From Balamuthia mandrillaris (taxonomy: Eukaryota), in contig JAVKOQ020000113.1 in NCBI GenBank assembly GCA_031835245.2, positions 124,001 to 164,036 on the forward strand: a DNA stretch of 40,036 nt. Direction: 5' to 3'. How positions within the stretch are numbered: position 1 is the first letter of the stretch; each line of letters starts with the position of its first letter. A program made the position numbers and the translations under genes. The notes below the pieces were generated by a model that saw nothing but the letters and a program-made list of their open reading frames with translations, searched no databases and had not been told where the DNA came from. This document shows, piece by piece, positions 1-12,550 of this stretch.

Positions 1-3000
1 TTGAATTGACGCAAGCCCGTCTTGAACTTAACGAACTCCAGCAAAAACTCAAGTCTCAAACCCAACTGGTGAGCCCCGACTGTTCTTTTTAAAACATACA
101 TGACGAACAAAAATAAACCTGACTCGAAAAATACACTATTACAGGTTCAACAATTGACCAAAGAAAAGGATAATGTGGAGGAAACGTTGGGCCAAGTCCA
201 GAAGCAGTTGACGAGCCTGCAGGGCAAGGCCGCTTTGGTTCAACGAGAAAAGGCTTCTTTTATCTCTGAAAAGGCTTCTCTGGAGAAAGAACTGCGAGTA
301 CGTTCTTCCTGTTCCCTTTCTCCTTTCTTCTATCTACGTTCTTCATACTTTCTATTTCCTCAACTATGTCTTTGCTCACACAAGTGATAACCATTCATAG
401 GAGTTGAGTGTAAAGAATCAACATTTGGAAAAGGAGTTGGAGAAAGAACAAAAGAAAGCGGTCGTTAAGGCACCCCCCACTGTAACGCCCAGCGAGCTCA
501 CTGTAAAGACTCTGAAGAAGACCATTAAAGAAGGTCGCCTAGCTCTCGACGCCACCAACACCAAACTTCAGAAAAAGCAAAAGCAGCTTCAAGACCTTCA
601 AAAGGAGCTCGGCGAAAGAACCAAAACCGAGTCTCTTCTCAAGGAACAACTCGAACGAATCTCTCTTCAACTGAAACAAACAAAAGAGGAGAATGCCGCC
701 CTATTGGAAGCGAAAGAGGGACAGTGGAAGGAGGCAAACGAACAGGTCGCCAAGTGGCGCTCTGAGACACAAGAGCTCAAACTCGTGGGTGAGAGTCTTG
801 AGCATCGTTTGAAAGCGCTTAACGGCGAGAATCTTCAACTTAACAAACAACTGGAAGCTCAACGTTGTGAATTGGATGCTGAGAAAGAAGCCAAAGCGAC
901 CACCTCGAAACGGTTGAAAGAGGAGCAACTGCGATGCAACGAGTTAACAGAAGAAGTGCAGACCTTGGAAGAACGTTTATCGCAACAGGAAGAGGAGGTG
1001 AAAAAATTGGAGAAAGATGTTGATAATAAGACCGAGGAATGTGTTCAGTTGGAAGAACGTGTGGCAGCTCTTAAGGCTGATCTCTCTTCCAAAGAAGACG
1101 CGTTGGAACAACAACGAGAGGAATGCAGTCGTTTAAAGGGAAGTTTGGAGACCGCTTTACTTCGTTCACGAGAGTTGGAGGAGCAACTCGCTGAAGAGAA
1201 GCAGATAGAGGAGCAGCTCCATTCTCGCCTTCAATCTCTGTCCGATTCTTTGACGGAGGCTCAACGGCATCACAAAGAACAATTGGAGCAACAAAGAGAA
1301 CACCTCGAAGAAAGCAAACGTTTGGTGGAACGCGAGTTGGAGTCTGTTCGGGAAGAGGCTACATTGAAGCAACGCTCCTTTGAAGAAGAGATGGAAAGAT
1401 TGGTTTCGGAGCAACAAATGCAACAAGCACAATACCAAAGCGAAATGTCTCTTTTGAAGGAAGAATGGAAGAAGAGGTTGAGCGATGCAGAGAGTGACCG
1501 AAAGCAACAGTTGAAGCAATTAGAAGAGGAACTTGCCCTGGAAGCTGCTCAGAAGGAGGAGGCAATGAAGAATGACTTTGCGGAAGAACGAAAGAAGATG
1601 GCGTGTGAAGCACTGGAAAGAATGAAGCAGCGAGAAGCTGAGTTAAGAGCTGAAAGCATCGAAGAGACGTCTCGCAAACAGAAAGCACTGTTGCTTCAAC
1701 ATGAAGAGCGACTGAATGAAGAGCTTCTCACACTCTCTCAACGCTTGAAAGAGGAACATGAGAAGAAGGTGAGGAAGTTGAAGGAAGAGCATGACGACAT
1801 TCTCTATACGCTCCGTCAAGATTTGGAGAGCAGCCTGCTCGCCAAGCAACAACACTATGAACAAATGTTAAGAGAGCAAGAAGAGAGCATCAACGCTCGT
1901 TGGCAACAAGCAAAGATCCAAATGAAAGCTCAACATGAAGCTCGATTGAAGGAGGTCGAAGAGGAACATGAACAAGCAATGAACCAACAGAGAGAAGAGC
2001 TACAACAGCAACACGACAAGAAGTTGGAGGAAGAACTTTTCTCTGCAACTGAAACGTGGAAGAAAGAAGCGATAGAGATGACGAACTCGTTCGAGAAACA
2101 AAAGAACCGAATGAAGGAAGAGTTTGACGCATCGCTGCAACAACAAGAACGAGAGCTGAAGGAACAGCTTCGCATCGTCTTCGAAGAACGCGCCGCCGAA
2201 GAACAACAATGGCAACAACGACTGCAACAAAGCATGAAAGAAGCCGAAGAGAAGCATCAACAAGAGTTGAAGCAACAGGAAGAAACTTTGCTGCTTCGGT
2301 GGAAACAATCGGAGGAGCGGCTGATGAAAGAGCACAGCGATAGAATGGAGGAAGAGAAGCTTCGAATGGGACACTCTTTGAAGCAACAGAGGGAAGAAGC
2401 GGAGAGGGAAAAGGAGGAAGTGCTCCAGCGACAACTGGAAGCTCAGAGGAAGACTTTGATGGAGAAGCAACTCTTGCTAGAGCAACAATGGCAACAACAA
2501 ATGGCGGAGAGAGAAGAGAAGTTGCAACAGGATCATCAGTCTCTTCTCCTTCAACAGAACGCTGAGATGAAAGAAGAGCAACAGAGGGTCATCGAGAAAG
2601 CCAGAGAAGACGCAGAGAAGGTTCTGCAAGAAGCTGAAGAGCGGCACAAACTCCTCCTTCAACAACACGAAGAAAGACTCAAGTCAGAGGTAACAAGGCA
2701 AAAGCAAAAGGAACAAGACGCCCTTCTGCAACAGCAAAAGGAGGAGATGAGACAACAGCACGAACGAGCTTTGTCCTTGCTGAGAGAACAACTTCAACGG
2801 GCAGCGGCTGAAGAGAGAAGCCAGCTCGAACAACAGCTTAGAGAAGCGGAAGAGGCTTTGTCTCACCGTTCTCACGAAGATCAAGAAGAACGAGAGGAGA
2901 GAGAGCAACGAATGTCACTGTTGGAGAGCCGTTGGAGAGAGGCACAAGCGGAGGTGGAAAGCTTGCGGGAGGCCCTGTCTGATGCTCAACTGGACCATGA

Positions 3001-3592
3001 AAAGGCTCAATACTCTCTGACCTCTCTTTTGGAGCAAGAACGCGAACGTGCCGAGTCCTTGCAAGAACAACTGGACGTAACTTTGCAACGATTGGAAGAA
3101 CAGCTGCAACAACAAAAGGAGGAGGAAGAGCAAGAAGAGCAAGAGCAAGAAAAGGAGATGGAGGAAGGTCAGAAGATGGCCATTCTCCAGAAAAAGCTCC
3201 AACGAGCAAAGAAGGTGAACCAGAAGCTTCAACAGATGTTGGATAACGCGACGCAGGAGAACGCTCGGCTCGTTGGACAGAACAACCTCAAACAAAAGAT
3301 CCGGCTGCATGCCAAAGTCAAAGAAGAGAATCACCGCCTCAAACAGGAGAACACCCTCTTGTTGGAAAGGTTGAAAGAGTATCAGCAAGAGCTTGCTGCT
3401 TCCTCCACTTCCAACAATAGCAAAGAAAACGAAGCACCATCGTCACGAAGAATGACAACCACAAGCATGTTGAGAGTGAACACAGGAGGAGGGCACACGA
3501 CGCCGAGCAAAGCAACCGTTTCGAGCAAGCTGTTTGCTGCTTCCTCTGCTTCAAGAGAGCCATTTGCGCTTCGTAGTAACAACCTGCGTTAG
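1..3592 (+). CDS. 3' part of a long coiled-coil protein ending in an HMMR(RHAMM)/KIF15-type C-terminal basic leucine-zipper motif; 5' end lies outside the window
   Basis: Predicted exons <1-68, 145-297 and 401-3592 (GT..AG introns 69-144 and 298-400 keep the frame). E/Q/K-rich heptad sequence. C-terminal ENARLVGQNNLKQKIRLHAKVKEENHRLKQE resembles the HMMR_C motif (LLGHQNxKQKIxHxxKLKxENxxLK) shared by HMMR and kinesin-12 tails. Confidence 0.85.
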
Positions 3593-3722
3593 CTTGTGAG
3601 AGTTGAAACAAAGATAGGAGTTCTTGTTTTTAAAGTGTAAACATCGATTGGAAATTTAAGTTAGTACAAAACAACTACAGCGAACGAAGAGAAGAGAGAG
3701 GCCGAGAGACAGAGAATGAATT

Positions 3723-5844
3723 TCATTCAACAACGTCCATCGAAGTTGTTGATGATGATTCGCTTTCTTCTGTTTCAATTTGTTGTTCTTGTTCTTGTTG
3801 TTGTTCTGTTTCTTTGGTGGAGTCATCGTTACTCCCGGTAATAGAAGAAGAGGAAGATCCCAAAAATGGTGAAGAATGAGGCGAAGAAGAAGCAGAGGAG
3901 GAGGACGACGAAACAGCGGACAAGAAATCAGAGAAGCTCTCCGCTTTTGGTGAAGAAGTAGAAGGAGCAACAGCAGAAGTTGAAGAACAAGTAGGACAAG
4001 ATGGAAGAGGAAGAGAACCATCCACACAAGTAGAGTGAAAGGTGTGAGCACAGGGAAGAATGGCTCTTGTCTCTCCCACCTTTAGTCTGCGCCGACAAAA
4101 GTCGCAAGGCGGCAATGGTGGTCTCGCGTTGGCGTCAAAGTTGAGGAGATAGTCCCATAGTGCATCTGGTGTTCGGTTGCTCAGGAGGCGATGAGCCCGT
4201 GGGTTCCTGTTGATGTACTCGGTTCGTTTGCGTTGCGGTATTGTTGCTGTTGTTGGCGGTGGTATGTTTAGGCCACCACCTCTTCCTCCTCTGCCTGCCC
4301 GTCCTCCTCTGCCGCCACTCCCAAACTACAATCGTTTCGTGTTGTTGGCAATCTACGAAAGGAAAAAAGAACTGAAAAGGAAGATAGCAAGCGTACAGGA
4401 ATAGCAGATTTGGCTGGATTGTGGCGAAGGCTAAGATGTCCAGGAAAGTCTCTGCTGACATAGTTAGGATTTCCTCCTGGCCGCGCTGCACATACCGGAC
4501 AAACCTATGATCAAAAAAGAGGTAATAAGCAGAAGTTCTCACAAGAAGAGTGGCTGATAGCGATAAACGTACAGCTCTAATTGGAGCCCCAGAAGAGTTC
4601 TCTTCAGAGTTTAAGTGATGTTCTTCAACGTGAGGCAGCAAATCCAGCTCACCAAAACCTGCTTTTTGGCACAAAGGGCATGCATAGGTGGGACCGGTTG
4701 ATGAGCCGGCCTGCTTCTCTTCTTTCTTTTGCGTTGGTTCTTCCGCCTCCTCCTCCTCCTCCTTCTCTAATTCTTCCTCTTCTTCCTTCTCCTCTTCTTC
4801 TTGTGTTGATTCGCCTTCTTTCTTGGTTACTTTTTTCTTTTGTTGTTTCTTTCCTGATTTACGCAAGTTGAGAGAAGAAGATAAGTATTAGTCGGTTTCA
4901 ACAACCGGAGTAGAAGAACAACAAGAAGAAGAACAACAAGGACAAGAGCAAGAAGATCAAATAAGTGAGGACTAGCAGAACATACGGGTGGTTTTCTTGG
5001 GGATAGAGGTTGTGATTGTTGACGTTGATGTGGTCGTCGTTGTCGAGGTCGTTGTGGTAGTTGATGTTGGAACAGAGGCAGATGGAGAAGAAGCATAAGA
5101 AAAACCTATAAATGGCGACGACGGTGATGATGACGAGGAAGCAGATGGAGGGAGTGGTATAGGCTGAGGAGAAGAAGAAGAAACTGGAGGAGGTGGTGGT
5201 GGAGAAGAGGAGGAAGAAGGAGAAAAGGGGGAGGAAGGAGGATAACGAGGAGGAGGCGGCGTGGAAGGCCCGCTGCCGCTATACAAATCTGAGTAAGAAG
5301 CATAAGAAGAGAAAGAGGAATAAGAAGAGGGAGGTTGAGGAGGAGAGTAATAGGAAGAAGAAGGCTGCGGTTGCCAAGAACTGTAGTAACCTCCTCCTCC
5401 TCCTCTGCCTCCTTGGCTGCGTTGAAGACGCGCCTCTTCTTCCTCCATTTGTTGCAAATGTCGTGCCAAATCTGAGTCGCTGCCAAACGCATGATGAGCA
5501 CTGTAGCTGGCTCCTCCTCCTCCCCTTCCTTCGGCCGCTGCTTTTTCCTCCTCTTCAAACTGTTGTTGCAGCCTGCGCGCCAGTTCAGAGTCGGAAAGCA
5601 GCTGTTTGGTCTTCTCGTCTTCCTCCTCCTCCGCTTTGTCTTTGTGGGTGGCGGTGGTGGTCTTTTGAGGCCCTTCTTCTGCTTCTTTCTCTTCTTCTTC
5701 TTCTTGATTCATAGGCGAAGGCTCTTCCACGTTGACGTCTGTTTGAGGCTGACCTGGTGGAGCAGCAGTAGCAGAAGAAGAAGAAGATGAAAGCAAAGGT
5801 TGCTGTTCAGCTGGTTCTTCTTTGTCTGGTTCAGAGGAAGACAT
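3723..5844 (-). CDS. Putative ubiquitin E3 ligase: ubiquitin-binding-like helices, Di19-type double C2H2 zinc finger, RGG patch and C-terminal RING finger
   Basis: Spliced by eye into exons 5844-4986, 4853-4573, 4504-4397 and 4325-3723, all GT-AG and in frame. Motifs: DSELARRLQQQFEEEE and DSDLARHLQQMEEEE; YACPLC..LLPHVEEHH..VCPVCAARPGGNPNYVSRDFPGHLSLRH; CDFC..LPCAHTFHSTCV..CPTC. Confidence 0.85.
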
Positions 5845-6204
5845 TGCCAGGTTTGATTGGGGAGCGAGTTTGATGATTTTAAATGCAGAAAAATAAATAG
5901 GCAAAAAAAATCGCACACAGCAACAGCCTGTAGTCCAAAGGCTAGCTCTTGTTTTTCCCTTCAAAAAAAAAAAAAAAGAACACAACAACGAAAGGAAGGG
6001 CAGCGGCGTGGAGCAAGTCTTCGAAGGCAGCAGTAGCAGCCGACCACTTGGCTCTCTCTCTCTGCAGTTTTTCTTTTTATTGCTTTATGTTTTCTACGAA
6101 GTCGACATTATTTATCTTTCTTCCCCTCTTCTACGGGACGACATGAGAATTTTCTCTAAAATTTTCCTGGAATTATTTCTGTTGAAAAAAAACTTACTTA
6201 AAAG

Positions 6205-7198
6205 ATGAAGCGCAAAACAAAGAGCAGCGGCGGACCACAACCAACCTCCTCCTCCTCCTCCACCAGCAGAAGAAGACAGCTGAAGAAGCTGAAGGAGCAG
6301 GCAATAAGCTCAGAAGAAGAAGCAGAAGCGGAAAAAGTAGAAGTTGCAGAAGAAGTGGAGGGAGAACCAAGCGAAGAAGAGGAAGAGGAAGAGGAAGAGG
6401 AAGAGGAAGAGCAGGACGGTGACTACACGCCGCAAGCCTCCGCTGCTACCGCCGCCAACGGCCATCAAAACTCGCGCACAACTACCGCTAACAAATCACC
6501 GCTGCCTCGGCCTGCCCAGCGGAGCGCTGCTCACGCTACCGCTACCGCTTCCACCACCAGGAAGCTGACAGACGACGCCAAAGGTTTAGCTCTCTCCCTC
6601 TTTCGTTCTTGCGTAAGGTCCGTTCGACTTCTCTCCTCTCTCCTCTCTTCACTCTCTCCTTGCTCTCTCCAGCACACCCATACACACACTCACTCTCTAC
6701 TCTTGACGCAAACCGGCCCTCCAGTTCCTCTCTTGGAATACAAGTAGGCGAGGAGAGGGCACCGCAACAACAACGGCAACAACGGCGGCGGCGCTCGCAA
6801 TCGGATGCCTCTGAAGTGGCGGAGCTGCAACGAGTGGTGGAGAGAGTGTTTGCGGCAGCGCGACAAAACTTGGCAGCGTTGGATATACCCAAGAAATGTC
6901 CCCCTGATCCTTACTTTACTTTGGATGATGAGACGGTTCTCTCTCTCTCTCTCTCTCCCTCCCTCCCTCGAAAGAGATCTAACGAAAGGGCTTCCCAACA
7001 AACTTTGTAGGCACAAATCCAAAAGAGCTTGTTAACGGACTGCATACCGAGGCTTGTTCGTATGAAAGAGCAGCGGAGGGAGGTAGAAAAGGATTACGAG
7101 GATGAACTTCACTTCTTCACGACGTTCCAACAGGACAGCGAAAGTTTTCAAAAGCAGCACCGTGGTTTACACAATAAACGGGTAAACCTTGCTCCCTT

Positions 7199-7245
<47 letters not shown>

Positions 7246-7656
7246 ATCACTGCTCTGCTTCTCTGTTTTCTTTTCTTTTTCAAAATAGCTAGTTCTCACT
7301 TTAATCTTTCTTTCTCTTATCAGTTGCATCCAGCGCTAAGAGCAGACTTGCAAAAAGACCGAGAAGCTGCAGAGGCAGCAGAAGAAGATTCCTACTCATC
7401 TATCAAAGAACTTTCCTCGTGGTCGTCGTTACCTTCCATCACCTCCTCACCCGACAAAGAAAACGAGAAGAACGAAGAAACCGATGAAATAGAACAACTG
7501 CGAGATAGCTTCATTGCGATGTTGGACGAGTTGGATGAACGAATGGCTCCTCTTACGGACAAAGCGAACCAGGTGATGAGAACCGCCATGCAGGTACGAC
7601 AATGTCTGTTGGACAACCTTCCCGAGGAGGAGACGTTATCGCTTCGGTTCGCGTAA
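6205..7656 (+). CDS. Nuclear-type protein with basic/acidic N-terminus and C-terminal coiled-coil; possibly CENP-Q/Okp1/Fta7-like
   Basis: Predicted exons 6205-6583, 6748-6935, 7011-7181 and 7324-7656 join in frame via GT-AG introns. The gene model is well supported; the family assignment rests on motif resemblance only (LxxLxIP..P..F, coiled coil, KRLHPAL, terminal helices). Confidence 0.7.
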
Positions 7657-7896
7657 GCAAAGTCTATTTTTTTTTTTGTACTGTATTCTTATTGCATTGC
7701 TGAAAGCGAGTCTCGAATGTTCCACTGCGCTTCAAAAAGACTTTGCGACCACGCCCAAACGCTTTCCACGCGGCCTCTTCATGTTCCTTTTCAAATGTGT
7801 CCATTCCCACAGTGAAGACAAGGGCCACACGCAGACGTGGTCTCCGCGGTCCCGATCTCATTTTCCAACTCCAGCAGCAGAGTTAGCCCTGGCCGT

Positions 7897-8545
7897 GCTC
7901 TCTCTGCTCTCTGCTCTCTGCTCTCTGCTCTCTCCTCTCTCCTGTCTCCCTTGCTGCTCTCCGCATTTCTCCTTTCTCTCTCTCTGCTCTCTGCTCTCTG
8001 CTCTCTGCTCTCTGCTCTCTGCTCTCTGCTCTCTGCTCTCTGCTCTCTGCTCTCTGCTCTCTGCTCTCTGCTCTCCTCCCCTCTCTCTTGTCTCCTCCTC
8101 TCTCTCTCCTCTCTCTTCCTGTCTCCCTGTCTCCTCTCTCCTCTCTCCTCTCTCCTCTCTCCTGTCTCCTCTCCTCCTCTCTCCTCTCTCCTCTCTCCCT
8201 CTCTCCCTCTCTCCTCTCTCTCTCTCTCTCTCTCCCTCTCTCCTTGTCCCTCTCTCTCCCTCTCTCCTCTCTCCTCTCTCTCTCTCCTCTCTCTCCTCTC
8301 TCCTCTCTCTCCTCTCTCCTCTCTCCTCTCTCCTCTCTCCTGTCTCCTCTCTCCTCTCCAGGCTCCTCTCCTGTCTCCTCTCCTGGCTCCATGTTTTGAT
8401 CTGTTACTGAAAGTTTCAAACCACCAATCAAAAATCAAAACAAAGGCTTAAACTTACCATAAAAAGGCCTCATCTGTTGTCTGTTTCTTTGTCTCATCTC
8501 CTCTCTCCTCTCTCCTCTCCTGGCTCCTCTCTCCTGTCTCCTCTC
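7897..8545. repeat. Compound pyrimidine microsatellite (CTCTCTG)n/(CTCTC)n
   Basis: Directly visible tandem units; it explains the spurious L/S- and R/E-rich ORFs here. Confidence 0.95.
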
Positions 8546-8793
8546 CGTCGAAGCTTACGTCAGGGGTGACGGGATTTGCTGATGCATGACATCATTAAAA
8601 AAAAAAGGAGATCACAGCTGCAGTAGCACTGCACTACCGTTGCACAAATCTGGACCCCAAAAAAAAAAGATAACGATAATAACCGGGGCGGCCCGTTCGG
8701 CTCACCCCAACCACCATCACCACCACCACCCCAACCACAACACATCCACGAAAAAAAAAAGAAAAAAGAGAGCTCGCTTTGCTTTCGCTTGTG

Positions 8794-8838
<45 letters not shown>

Positions 8839-8901
8839 GAAGACCAGAGAAAAGCAGAACAAAGAAAAACAAAATTGCGCGCGCCTCACCCCTTGGGAGA
8901 G

Positions 8902-11900
8902 ATGAGGCGTTCAGCTGGGGGTAGCGGTTCTTCCTCCCCTTCCCCTTCCTCCTCTGCCTCGTCCTCGGCCACGAACTCTTCCTCCTCCACCGCAACCACC
9001 GCTTCTCCTTCCTCTTCTGCACCGCCCCCCTCTTCAGCCAACCAGCAGCCACAACAGCAACAGCAGCAACAACGAAAGACGGTATGGACGCGGCCAAGCG
9101 TGAGCGGTCCTGCCCCCTCTGCACGGTGCGCCCATTCCACCACCGTCGTGGCCAGCAACGTCTTCATCTTTGGTGGGTGGGATGGTAACAAGATGCTAAA
9201 CGACTTACACATGCTGCATACCGGTTAGTTGTTTTTTTAAAAAGTTTTCAAAACTTTCTTTTTTTTTTGGGATTTTTTTCTGTTTCTTCTTTTTTTTATT
9301 ATAACAATGATTTGTTTCAATCCATCCCTTTTTTTTTAAAAAAAAAAACAAACATAAAATAATTTAACAAAAAAAAAAACATTAAAAAAACAACAGACCT
9401 GGTGAGCAGTTCCACGCCCAGCCTGACGTGGAGCAAGCCGATAACGACGGGAATAGCGCCAGGTCCAAGGGCTGGCCATACCGTGGAGGCCGTCGACACC
9501 AAGCTCTACCTCTTTGGTGGTGGCAATGGCGTGCGGTACCTTAATGACCTGTATACCCTTGATGCTGGTTTGTATTATTTTATCGTTGCTTTCTTTCACG
9601 TTGTTTCTTTTTTGCTTTCCTTTCTATAATTCTCTTATCTCTTGTTTCTTATTTCTTGTTTCATGTTCTTCTTCTTGGTGGTGGTGGTGTTGTCTTGTTC
9701 TTGTTCTTCTTCTTGTTCTTGTTCTCCTTGTTCTTGTTCTTGTTCTTCTTGTTCTTCTTGTTCTTGTTCTTCTTCTTCTTCTTGTTCTTCTTCTTCTTCT
9801 TCTTCTTCTTCTTCTTCTTCTTCTTCTTTCTTCTTTCTTCTATCCTCTATCTTTCTTCTTCTTCACTTGCATTATTATAATAATAACAAAAAAAAAAAAA
9901 AGAAACGATGAGTTGGTCGCAAGCATATGTGGCAGGGACTAGTCCTGCCGCTCGATCGAGACACACAATGACTCTGGTGGCTGGGCTGGACGGCACTGCT
10001 AAGTTTGTTGTAATGGGTGGTGGTGATGACACCCGTGTATATAACGATGTTTACGTGCTTGATACTGGTACTCTTTCTTGTCCTATGGCTCTCTCTATTC
10101 TCTGTTCTACTTCCCTCCCCATCTCTCTCTCCCTGTTCTCTGCTTCTCATTGTTCGTCTTTAAATTTGTGATTTCATAAAAGGAACGATGGCATGGTCAC
10201 GGCCAGTAACGAAAGGGGCTGCTCCGGTGGCTCGGTGGGGTCACACAGCTACTCTCATCGGCACGAATCAGATATTTATCTTTGGTGGCCATGACGGCAC
10301 CCGCATGCTCAACGATCTCTTTGTCCTAAACACGGGTTCCGTTTCTCTCCTCTTCACTTTTTCTTGCCAACCTCTCCTTTGCTTCCGTCTCATCCTGTTG
10401 ATGAAACTCTTTTAGACACAATGACGTGGCAGCAGATCTCGCCACATGGTACTGTTCCTTCAGCACGAGCAGGTCACACGGCCACTGCCATCATGGACAA
10501 GATATTCATCTTCGGAGGTGGCGATGGAACGCGCATTCTGAACGATCTCTACTTGTTCGATCCCAACACGTTGACCTTCACTCGTCCCAACATATCCCAC
10601 ATGGCTCCTGCTGCTCGCTGCGCGCATACTGCCACTACTCTCGAGCTCAAATCACTGCTTTTTTACGGTGGAGGTACTGTCGTAGTTGATGTTTGCTGTG
10701 TTTCTTATTTCTTTTGACTCTGTTGTTTGTTGTCAGGCGATGGTACCAGGCGATTTAAGGACTTGTATTTATTGGATGCTGGTAAGCCCTCTCTCTCTAT
10801 CTCTCTCTTCTATCTCTCTCTCTCTCTCTCTCTCTCTCGCTTGCACGATAAGATCCAGTTGTAAGTTATTTCTCTCTCCTCTCTCTCTAGAATCGGTGCT
10901 GCGAATGGAGGCTCGCACCAAAGAAAAACAGAAGCAATGCAAAGGCCAACACAACAGACGGAATGATAAGCCTCAAGACCATCTCGTCAATGCAAAATGT
11001 ACACTTCAGTCTTTGTGTGTCGTCCTACTCCCTAAACAAACACTTATCTCCTTCTCCTTCTCCTTTCTCAGCATTGGCGCAGTGGTTGAATGGGCTTGGC
11101 ATGCGCCAGTATGTGGATAATTTTACGCGGGAAGAAATTACTTTGGAGGTTGTCCCTTTGCTAACTGAAACTCACTTGGAAAAATTGGGTGTGTCGACCA
11201 TGGGTGCTCGGTTGCGCATCCTCTCTGCTATCGAGGAGTTAAAGCAATACCGGCAGTCCAAACAAGGTTTTGTTTGCTGTTTTTGTTTGTTTGTTTGTTT
11301 GTTTTTTGCTTGCAAATCTTTCTGCTCGTTCTCGTTCTCGTTAATTCTCTCCTTGTAGCTGACACCAGCTTCTTTTGGAATAGAAGATAAGCCAGATGAA
11401 GCAAGACTGCCGAAAGCCTTGAAGCAAATTAACCAAAACCTCCAACAAATAACAGCAGGATTGGAGGCCCTCAACAAGTCGTTGCTCACCTTCGCACCTT
11501 TCGCGGGTCTCCTGGCTCAAGAGGAGGCTGAGATCTCCGAATCCGAACACGAGGACTCAGACGAACCTTCCTCTTATCTTGCTCATCACTCTTCTTCAAA
11601 TTATAGTGACTCAAACCATCCTTCTTCTCCTTCACAACAAACTCAACACTATCACAACAATAACAACAATAACAACAATCCTACGCACCACAACAACATG
11701 AGCGGCGGTACTCAACATCCTCCACCTCCTTCCACTTCTCCTTCCTATCAACACTATCATCATCATCTCCATCATCTCCCTTCTTCCTCCTCTTATCCCC
11801 CTTATCAACCGCCTCCCTCATCATCCTCCAACAATACAACGATGATGGTTGGTCATCGCTCTCCCTCCCCTCCTTCTCCCGCCTCCATTGTTAACGCGGT

Positions 11901-12204
11901 CGCAGCCGCTGCACGTGCTTCCTCCTCCTCCTCATGCCCTTCTTCCTCTGTTACTTCTCCTCGTGGCTCTCCTTCCTCCTACGAGCATCACGTTCCACAT
12001 CAACCAGTGCACAGCAACACTTCTTCTCCTTCTTCTGGTTCCTCTTCTTCTGCTTCTTCTATCTGTAATAATGGCAGCTGTACTCATCCTCAGTCCCATC
12101 AGCAACATCATCTACATCAACATCATCAACATCACCAACAACAACAGCAGCAGATGCAACATCATCCACAGCAGCAGCATCAGTACCAGGAGAATTCTTC
12201 ATAA
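8902..12204 (+). CDS. Kelch-repeat beta-propeller protein with SAM domain, coiled coil and low-complexity S/H/Q tail (multi-exon)
   Basis: About six Kelch repeats (PSARCAHSTTVV..FIFGGWDG, PGPRAGHT..LYLFGGG, PAARSRHT, PVARWGHT, PSARAGHT, PAARCAHT) across exons from ATG 8902. SAM domain LAQWLNGLGMRQYVDNFTREEITLEVVPLLTETHLEKLGVSTMGARLRILSAIEEL at about 11075-11245. Stop at 12204. Confidence 0.9.
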
Positions 12205-12319
12205 AAAGTGGGTGGGACTCAATCTGTTTTTAAATATTTTTTGTGTGTGTGTTTAGACAAGAAAGCTTTTAGCATTATTGAAAAGACTTCAGCTTTTCCA
12301 TGGTTTGAAAATAGTGCAG

Positions 12320-12550
12320 CGAGAAGAGAGGAGAGAGCAGAGAGCAGAGAGCAGAGAGCAGAGAGGAGAGAGGGGAGAGGAGAGAGGAGAGAGGAGAGAG
12401 AAGGAGAGGAGAGGAGAGGAGAGAGAGGAGAGAGGAGAGAGCAGAGAGAAGAGAGGAGAGGAGAGAGGAGAGAGGAGAGAGGAGAGAGGAGATAAGGAGA
12501 GAGGAGAGGAGAGGAGAGAGGAGAGAGCAGAGAGGAGAGAGGAGAGAGGA
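12320..12550. repeat. Purine microsatellite (GAGAG/GAGAGCA)n
   Basis: Directly visible; the reverse complement of the unit types at 7897-8545. Confidence 0.95.

Noticed and set aside
701..3611. Many minus-strand Leu/Ser/Cys-rich ORFs
   Set aside because: They are antisense shadows of the E/Q/K-rich coiled-coil exon.
7676..8451. Long ORFs of 180-244 aa on both strands
   Set aside because: They are translations of a stop-free microsatellite.
9514..9942. Hydrophobic poly-L/F/S ORFs resembling membrane proteins
   Set aside because: This is a (TTC/TTG)n tract in an intron of the Kelch gene.
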